In this document: positions 58,922 through 64,000 of the stretch, piece by piece
How the letters are laid out: the number at the start of each line of letters is the position of its first letter
Position numbering within the stretch: position 1 is the first letter of the stretch
Assembly (NCBI GenBank): GCA_021299095.1
Contig: JAJTFW010000007.1
Location: forward strand, 5,295-69,294
DNA length: 64,000 nt
Origin: Sphingobacteriales bacterium
GTDB lineage: Bacteria > Bacteroidota > Bacteroidia > AKYH767-A > OLB10
Direction: 5' to 3'
Position numbers and translations under genes: made by a program
The notes under the pieces: generated by a model
The model's database searches: none
What the model was told of the DNA's origin: nothing
What the model saw: only the letters and a program-made list of their open reading frames with translations

Positions 58922-59082
58922 ATTTCGATACGCGATTGAATTACTTTCAATTGATAACTACAAATCAAAAATAACGGAAGAGGCCATCGCTCGTGTGTTG
59001 TACTAATTTATCTAACGTTGAAAGCTGATTTTAAGGAACATGCGTGCTTTTTAGGGAAACATGATACCTTGTTTACCCATAA

Positions 59083-59367
59083 CTGCAAAACCGATGCGGA
59101 GGCTTCGCCCAACTCTTCCTTTTTGTTGGTTCACCCTTGCAAGCACGGCAATCACTAAAAATGAAGAGGCCCCGCATCGGTTTTACCCGTGGTCCCGGAG
59201 GGATTACAGATCCCTGGTTCACCCAGAGTTGCAAAACCAATGTGGGCGCTTCGCTTGGCTCACCTTTTTCCGGCGCTTTGCCCGTGCAAGCACGGCAAGC
59301 ACCCCAAAAAGAAGAGGCCTCCTTTCGGAGGCCCCGCATCGGTTTTACCCGTGGTCCCGGAGGGATT
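59083..59367 (-). repeat. two diverged tandem units (59083-59205 and 59229-59367) downstream of tRNA-Arg, each ending in a copy of the tRNA 3' end
   Basis: A 40-nt perfect direct repeat occurs at 59166-59205 and 59328-59367, and weaker homology extends over about 125-140 nt. Each unit has an internal inverted repeat, aaaaccgatgcgg/ccgcatcggtttt. Confidence 0.7.
59304..59333 (-). terminator. rho-independent terminator of tRNA-Arg
   Basis: Minus strand: ggcctcc-gaaa-ggaggcc followed by tcttcttttt, 19 nt after the tRNA 3' end. Confidence 0.6.
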
Positions 59368-59425
59368 CAAACCCCCAACCTTCTGATCCGTAGTCAGATG
59401 CTCTATTCAGTTAAGCTACGGAACC
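59352..59425 (-). tRNA. tRNA-Arg (anticodon ACG), 74 nt, CCA not encoded
   Basis: Manual cloverleaf: 7-bp acceptor stem, 4-bp D stem, 5-bp anticodon stem with loop CU-ACG-GA, 5-nt variable loop, and 5-bp T stem with loop UUUGAAU. Confidence 0.85.
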
Positions 59426-59583
59426 ATTTCCCGTGAAACGGGATGCAAATGTACTGAAAATTCAAATTGGATTTTTGAGATCGTGAATTGTGAGCCTTTT
59501 TTTGGAAGGCTGATAAATTACTTATTATAGATTATGCATAATAGGTAAATAGTCTTTTCCTCCTATTGGCGCATGTGTACAAG

Positions 59584-59609
59584 AAAAAAAGCCCCCAGTC
59601 GGAGGCTTT
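59584..59609 (-). terminator. probable terminator of the T9SS adhesin gene
   Basis: Minus strand: aagcctcc-gact-gggggctt followed by tttttttc. Confidence 0.55.
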
Positions 59610-59634
59610 GATTTCTGGTGTTCAACAGAACGGG

Positions 59635-62253
59635 TTATTCGACGAACGTGAGGCGGACTGTCTGGCTTCTTGGTCCCTGCCTAAGGGTAACCAGATAGGT
59701 TCCTCCGGAGGTGTGTTCAAGTTCAACGAGTTCACTGTGCTGATCTGCCTTGGGATTAATCAACCGCTCGGTGATGAGTCTTCCGCTTAGGTCAGTAATT
59801 TGAATGTTGCAACCGGATTCCGGCTCAAGTCCACTTAGCATTAGACTGAATCGCCCATTGCTTGGGTTGGGGAAAGAAATGAGTCCGAGTGGTTTATCTT
59901 GGTTTACTGTTGGGTTGCTTTCGCGCAAGAACGATGCAGAAGTGACCAAGGTGATTCCGTGTGCACTGACGTTGGCAATGTTGAGAGGACGTCCGGCCGT
60001 AGCGTTGAGTCCGGTAGTACCTACAAAAAGTGCTGCAAGGTTGTAGCTGTAGGCCTTGTCGAAGCCACGGTCGGTGACCCAGAAGATAGAACCATCTACC
60101 AAGGCTCCGGTAGCATCGGAAAGCTGAGCTCCGGTTTCAGTCAACAAAGTACGTGACTGAATCGTGGCGTTGTTTCCACTTGGATCGAAACGGAATACCG
60201 TTTTGGCCTGAGGAGCATTGTTCAGGATGTAGTAAAAAGTACCGTCGTAGGCGATGGCTTCTGCAAATCCATTAGCAAGCGGGATACGAAGGTTTGCGTT
60301 AAGATTGAGCGCCGACCCGTTGAAGAGCTGGATGAGGTCGAAACCATAGAAGGCTTTCGATTTCTTATCAATCACAAAGGCTTGGTTTCCCACAACCTTA
60401 AGGCCGGTCAATGGGTTGAGACCGGTTCCTGTATTGGTTTTCATACTTCGGCTGACCGTTGCCGCAACTCCGGCCTGGTTGCTACGGAGAATCCTTCTAC
60501 CCTGCCCGTCAAGAACAAACACGAAACTCCCGTTGAAGTCCACGTCTTGTGCATTAACCCCTGGCACTGTGGTGATGAGCGGACTGCTTTGCAGGAATGT
60601 GAAGTTGTTGTCGTAGTAATAAGCCTTGTTGGGATCATTGTCAATAACGAGGTATTTGACTCCAGGAGTCACGACAATTATCGTTACCACAGTATCGCGC
60701 GTACAGAAGCCTGTACCACTACTGTTTGGCAATGTAGCTGTAACCGTGTAAACACCCGCCGGGTACTGGGTGGCCGGGTTATACGGCGCACCGTTTACAG
60801 TTATGACCGCACCAGTAGATGCAGTGGCGGTAATGGTTCCGAAACAGTTTACCGGACAGCTTACATCTGTGGTGGTTACGGACAATGCGATCTGAGCAGG
60901 TTGGGCAATCTGTATATTCAGGCTGGTGCTCGATCCACAGGTGTCCGTCACAACAACATTGTACGTACCGGCAGGCAGGTTGCTGATGTCTTGCGTAGTT
61001 GCACCGTTGCTCCAGGTGTACGAATAAGGAGGAACACCTCCTGTTACTGTAAGATCAACACTACCATCGCTTAAGCCGAAGCAGCTTACATTGTTCACGA
61101 TGCTGGTTAGGTCTAGCGTTGTCAGGTTGCAGGCGTTGGGTACCGGAGTGAAACCAACAGCAGGACTTGCATCCACACCTGTAAAGAGGAATGGGCTGCT
61201 CGTTACAACAGCTCCCAGTGTACTGATAATCTGACCAGGCTGGGGTCCACAGGGGTTGTTCCAGTAGTTACAGGTTGCGTCGATTGGTGTGACCGATGTA
61301 TTGACAAAAAATCCATCGATGAAACAATCATTGACGTTTAGCGGAGCAAGGGCACTGCTTCTTGCCCAAAATGCGCAGTGATAATAACCGGGCAATGCAA
61401 CCCACCCGTTGGGGTTTACCACCATGCGGCAGTTGGTAACGCTCATGTTGGCGGTCGGATTGTTGGTCCCGACACCGAATCGAACACAATACGTGTCTGC
61501 AATCGGTGCCTGGGCAATCACATCAAAATCACAGTTCTCAACCAGAAGACTGTCGGCTCCGTAGTGGTTCACTCCACTCTTCACATTGGTGAAAACCGAA
61601 TTCAACACGCGGATGTTTCTGAAGCGGGAGTTGATGGCTACGTACAATCCATCGCTGAAGCGGCAATTATCTACAAGAACATCCGAGTTGATTTCGGTGC
61701 CGTTTTCATAGTTAATTCCGTCCTTCGGAGGGCTTTGCATGAATTGTCCATTACCATCAAACACACAATTGCTAAACGTGATTCCATTGGTATTCCGGAT
61801 GGAGACCAGGTAGATGTTGGGGCCGGCAGCCTCAAAACGCAAGTCGTTTAGTGTCTGTCCATCGTTGTTGTTTAGGTACAGTGACCCTTCAATGATACTG
61901 ACCGGGTTGTTTAATGCATCAACTGCTCCCGAAAAACTCAGTTTTTTACCCGTGTTGAGACCGGTACTGTTGCTGGCATCTTCTGCGTACAGCCCAGCAT
62001 CAATCACGATTTGATCTCCGTCAGCTGCCTGAGCAATTGCAAATGCTACGGTAGCAAATGGCAAGGCCGCAGTTCCGGGGTTGGCATTGTTTCCGATGGC
62101 CGCGGTAAAAACATCACCAGCCGTTGCTCCATCGTTCACGAAATAGGTCGTTTGGGCCAGCAATGGTGAGCTCGCCGAAATGAGAAAAAACGAGAGTATG
62201 AATGCGCCAAGGCGCTCACGGAGAAGCACGTTAGTTCTGCTTTTCATTTGCAC
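59635..62253 (-). CDS. large T9SS-secreted surface protein (right-handed beta-helix region + SprB-type repeat + C-terminal sorting domain)
   Basis: Signal peptide. The N-terminal region has pectin-lyase-like beta-helix repeats (NCVFDG, NCRFSDG, VENCDF, VTNCRM). SprB-type repeat: VSCFGLSDGSVDLTVTGGVPPYSYTWSNGATTQDISNLPAGTYNVVVTD. The C-terminus FPNPSNGRFSL...GTYLVTLRQG is a T9SS CTD. Confidence 0.75.
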   Translation of the reverse strand: MQMKSRTNVLLRERLGAFILSFFLISASSPLLAQTTYFVNDGATAGDVFTAAIGNNANPGTAALPFATVAFAIAQAADGDQIVIDAGLYAEDASNSTGLNTGKKLSFSGAVDALNNPVSIIEGSLYLNNNDGQTLNDLRFEAAGPNIYLVSIRNTNGITFSNCVFDGNGQFMQSPPKDGINYENGTEINSDVLVDNCRFSDGLYVAINSRFRNIRVLNSVFTNVKSGVNHYGADSLLVENCDFDVIAQAPIADTYCVRFGVGTNNPTANMSVTNCRMVVNPNGWVALPGYYHCAFWARSSALAPLNVNDCFIDGFFVNTSVTPIDATCNYWNNPCGPQPGQIISTLGAVVTSSPFLFTGVDASPAVGFTPVPNACNLTTLDLTSIVNNVSCFGLSDGSVDLTVTGGVPPYSYTWSNGATTQDISNLPAGTYNVVVTDTCGSSTSLNIQIAQPAQIALSVTTTDVSCPVNCFGTITATASTGAVITVNGAPYNPATQYPAGVYTVTATLPNSSGTGFCTRDTVVTIIVVTPGVKYLVIDNDPNKAYYYDNNFTFLQSSPLITTVPGVNAQDVDFNGSFVFVLDGQGRRILRSNQAGVAATVSRSMKTNTGTGLNPLTGLKVVGNQAFVIDKKSKAFYGFDLIQLFNGSALNLNANLRIPLANGFAEAIAYDGTFYYILNNAPQAKTVFRFDPSGNNATIQSRTLLTETGAQLSDATGALVDGSIFWVTDRGFDKAYSYNLAALFVGTTGLNATAGRPLNIANVSAHGITLVTSASFLRESNPTVNQDKPLGLISFPNPSNGRFSLMLSGLEPESGCNIQITDLSGRLITERLINPKADQHSELVELEHTSGGTYLVTLRQGPRSQTVRLTFVE

Positions 62254-62365
62254 GATTTGAAGACGGAATAGACTCCGTCTGAAGTTTACCCTGCAAGTTA
62301 GTGGAGATTCACCGTTCCTGCAAGAACTTTCTTAGGGATTTGTGGAGGCATCACCACGTGCCAAA

Positions 62366-62911
62366 TCAGAAGGGAATGGACAGCTTTCTGACTACCCCAT
62401 GTTTCTGTTTAAGCGATTTGCAACGCCGAAGGGCCGCATCACTACCCGTCTTCTCTAGCATCAGAAAATCATTGTAGTATTTGTCGCTCAACAGAGAAAA
62501 ATACACGGTCAGGTTACGGGTAGTTATAGATGGAGCTTTCCGCATACGAAAGTAGAGCTGAAGTTGCCCCTGCGGTGGGAGGGTTTTTGTGGCCCGATAA
62601 GACTCTGGCAAATAGGGGTTATCCGACCGACCCAAAAAGACAGTTATCCGGCTGCTGTCCTTTCCGTCGGGCTCCCATTTGTAATTATTGATGAATGGTG
62701 GTAAATCAGCTTCCTGTGCATGCAAAACCAGAATGCTGTCGGCGGATGTGTTTGTCATCCTCATGCTGTAAATGATTTCGCCCTCGCCTTTTCCAGGTAA
62801 TGGTTCAACGGTGATGCGCTGTGCATTCAGTTCCTTGCTGAACACCAACAAACACAAAACCGGCAATAAACCGAACAAAAGATAGAGGCGCACTCGGCAA
62901 AGATGAATCAT
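62366..62911 (-). CDS. hypothetical secreted protein, 181 aa
   Basis: N-terminal signal-like hydrophobic segment. No domain recognised. Confidence 0.45.
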   Translation of the reverse strand: MIHLCRVRLYLLFGLLPVLCLLVFSKELNAQRITVEPLPGKGEGEIIYSMRMTNTSADSILVLHAQEADLPPFINNYKWEPDGKDSSRITVFLGRSDNPYLPESYRATKTLPPQGQLQLYFRMRKAPSITTRNLTVYFSLLSDKYYNDFLMLEKTGSDAALRRCKSLKQKHGVVRKLSIPF

Positions 62912-62948
62912 TCAGCCCTACGCTCAAAAATCATGCAGGAATTGGCAT

Positions 62949-62977
62949 AAAAAAAGAGCCCCGATTTCGGGGCTCTG
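62949..62977 (-). terminator. rho-independent terminator of rplS
   Basis: Minus strand: agagccccg-aaat-cggggctct followed by ttttttt. Confidence 0.7.
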
Positions 62978-62999
62978 GTATGGGTTGATGTCAGGAAAT

Positions 63000-63359
63000 T
63001 TAGGATTTAGTAACGACTTTCTTCTCTTCGATACGGGCGCTCTTGCCGATCATATCACGGAGATAGAAAATACGGGCACGACGCACTTTGCCGCGCTTGT
63101 TTACATCGATGCGGGTAATCTTCGGGCTGTTGACCGGGAAAATACGCTCAACACCTACTCCACCTGAAATTTTACGGATGGTGAAGGTTTCTGTGAGACC
63201 GGCTCCCCGGCGTTGCAGAATAACTCCTTGGAACTGCTGCTCGCGCTCCTTGTTGCCCTCGCGAATCTTATAGTAAACGGTGATAGTATCACCGGCCTTG
63301 AAGTCGGGCCAGCTTTTCTTTTCAATGAGTTGCTCCTGTGCAGCTTTCAGTAAGTCCAT
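63000..63359 (-). CDS. rplS: 50S ribosomal protein L19
   Basis: Characteristic L19 sequence (PDFKAGDTITVYYKIREGNKEREQQFQGVIL...). Confidence 0.95.
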   Translation of the reverse strand: MDLLKAAQEQLIEKKSWPDFKAGDTITVYYKIREGNKEREQQFQGVILQRRGAGLTETFTIRKISGGVGVERIFPVNSPKITRIDVNKRGKVRRARIFYLRDMIGKSARIEEKKVVTKS

Positions 63360-63535
63360 GGGTTCAGGATATTATCCCCTTTTGCGGGGTTGCAATATTA
63401 GTGAAAAAAACGCTTTTATGGAACACTTTTTTCATTTTTATGAAGGCACTGCCGGGACTTAAGCTATGATTTAGGTTGCCGTTTGAATCATCAAGTTGAT
63501 ATTTATATACTTGATAATCAAATTATTGATAGTGT

Positions 63536-64000
63536 TCAGTTACCAACTTTAGCTAACCCCAGTCCTTGCACAAATCGAATGAAGTCCTGTGTGATTTTTT
63601 GAGATGAAAAGTGCTCATTAGCGAATTGCTGCGCGGATGAGCCCAATTCTCGTCGAAGTGTCTGGTCTTCGGCAAGCTGAAGAATACATGTGGCGAAGTC
63701 CTCAGGCGAATCGGCCAAGAGGATTTCCCTCCCATTCTTAGCATCGATTCCTTCGCATCCCTGCCGGGTAGTGACAATCGCTTTACCAAGCGCCATTCCC
63801 TCCGCGATTTTGATGCGCATACCGCTACCACTCAACAAGGGAACTACCAAGATGTCGGCCTGCCCGAGAAAAGCACTGGCATCATCAACAAACCCCCTGA
63901 TTTCAAAACCGGGTTTGTTCATACCAAGCAACTTTTCAGGCATGTGCTTTCCAGCCAGCCGTAGGGTGATGGATTGATTTTTATCCAAGACCTTGGGCCA
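63536..64000 (-). CDS. glycosyltransferase (GT-B, family 1/4), C-terminal part; 5' end lies outside the window
   Basis: The frame is open to the window edge. The C-terminal GT-B motifs are present (VVPLLSGSGMRIKIAEGMALGKAIVTT). Confidence 0.7.
   Translation of the reverse strand, partial: WPKVLDKNQSITLRLAGKHMPEKLLGMNKPGFEIRGFVDDASAFLGQADILVVPLLSGSGMRIKIAEGMALGKAIVTTRQGCEGIDAKNGREILLADSPEDFATCILQLAEDQTLRRELGSSAQQFANEHFSSQKITQDFIRFVQGLGLAKVGN

Noticed and set aside
59190-59263. A possible second (pseudo) tRNA gene overlapping the distal repeat.
   Set aside because: Only the acceptor 3' strand and a T-arm-like hairpin can be drawn. The upstream 50 nt do not form a D arm, an anticodon arm or a complementary acceptor 5' strand.
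59166-59367. Two identical 40-nt repeats 122 nt apart, considered as a minimal CRISPR-like array.
   Set aside because: There are only two copies, the 'spacer' regions are homologous to each other, the repeat contains the tRNA 3' end, and no cas genes are present.
59061-59436. Four overlapping 65-110 aa ORFs on both strands that show a repeated PHRFYPWSRRD-type peptide.
   Set aside because: They run through the tRNA-Arg gene and its duplicated tail units. The repeated peptide is simply the translated 40-nt DNA repeat.

Overview
This is a 64-kb chromosomal segment that looks like Bacteroidota. The evidence is two proteins with T9SS C-terminal sorting domains, an SprB-type repeat, a TAnnTTTG-type -7 promoter box, and the overall gene content. 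I can support about 60 protein-coding genes, and most are housekeeping. They include cox subunit III, hbd, a beta-CASP RNase, zapA, rny, rnz, pyrR-pyrB, rpsA, ispH, cmk, pntAA/AB/B, selU-selD, pdxH, hutI-ftcD, prmA, plsY, clpS, floA/nfeD and rplS. There is one tRNA-Arg(ACG) gene. Two regions look accessory. The first (about 3.0-9.3 kb) is a stress-type cluster: a DUF2892 protein, a PAS histidine kinase, a fused REC-cNMP-binding-HTH regulator, then usp-CDF-doxX and hsp20. The second (13.6-23.7 kb) is a roughly 10-kb surface-polysaccharide locus in which both the flippase and a WbuB-type glycosyltransferase are disrupted. I found no CRISPR array, transposase, integrase, reverse transcriptase or recognisable defence gene. 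I could not identify a clear multi-gene novel system. The best second-look candidates are: (1) a roughly 165-nt rod-like structured RNA between zapA and rny, a 6S-like candidate; (2) two diverged tandem 'tail' units after tRNA-Arg, each beginning with a copy of the tRNA 3' end; (3) the HK / REC-Crp-type regulator with shared FNR-like boxes upstream of the neighbouring stress genes; (4) a 1487-aa secreted protein with no recognisable domains; and (5) a 393-bp ORF-free spacer. All product calls rest on my recognition of motifs in the supplied translations. No database search was run.
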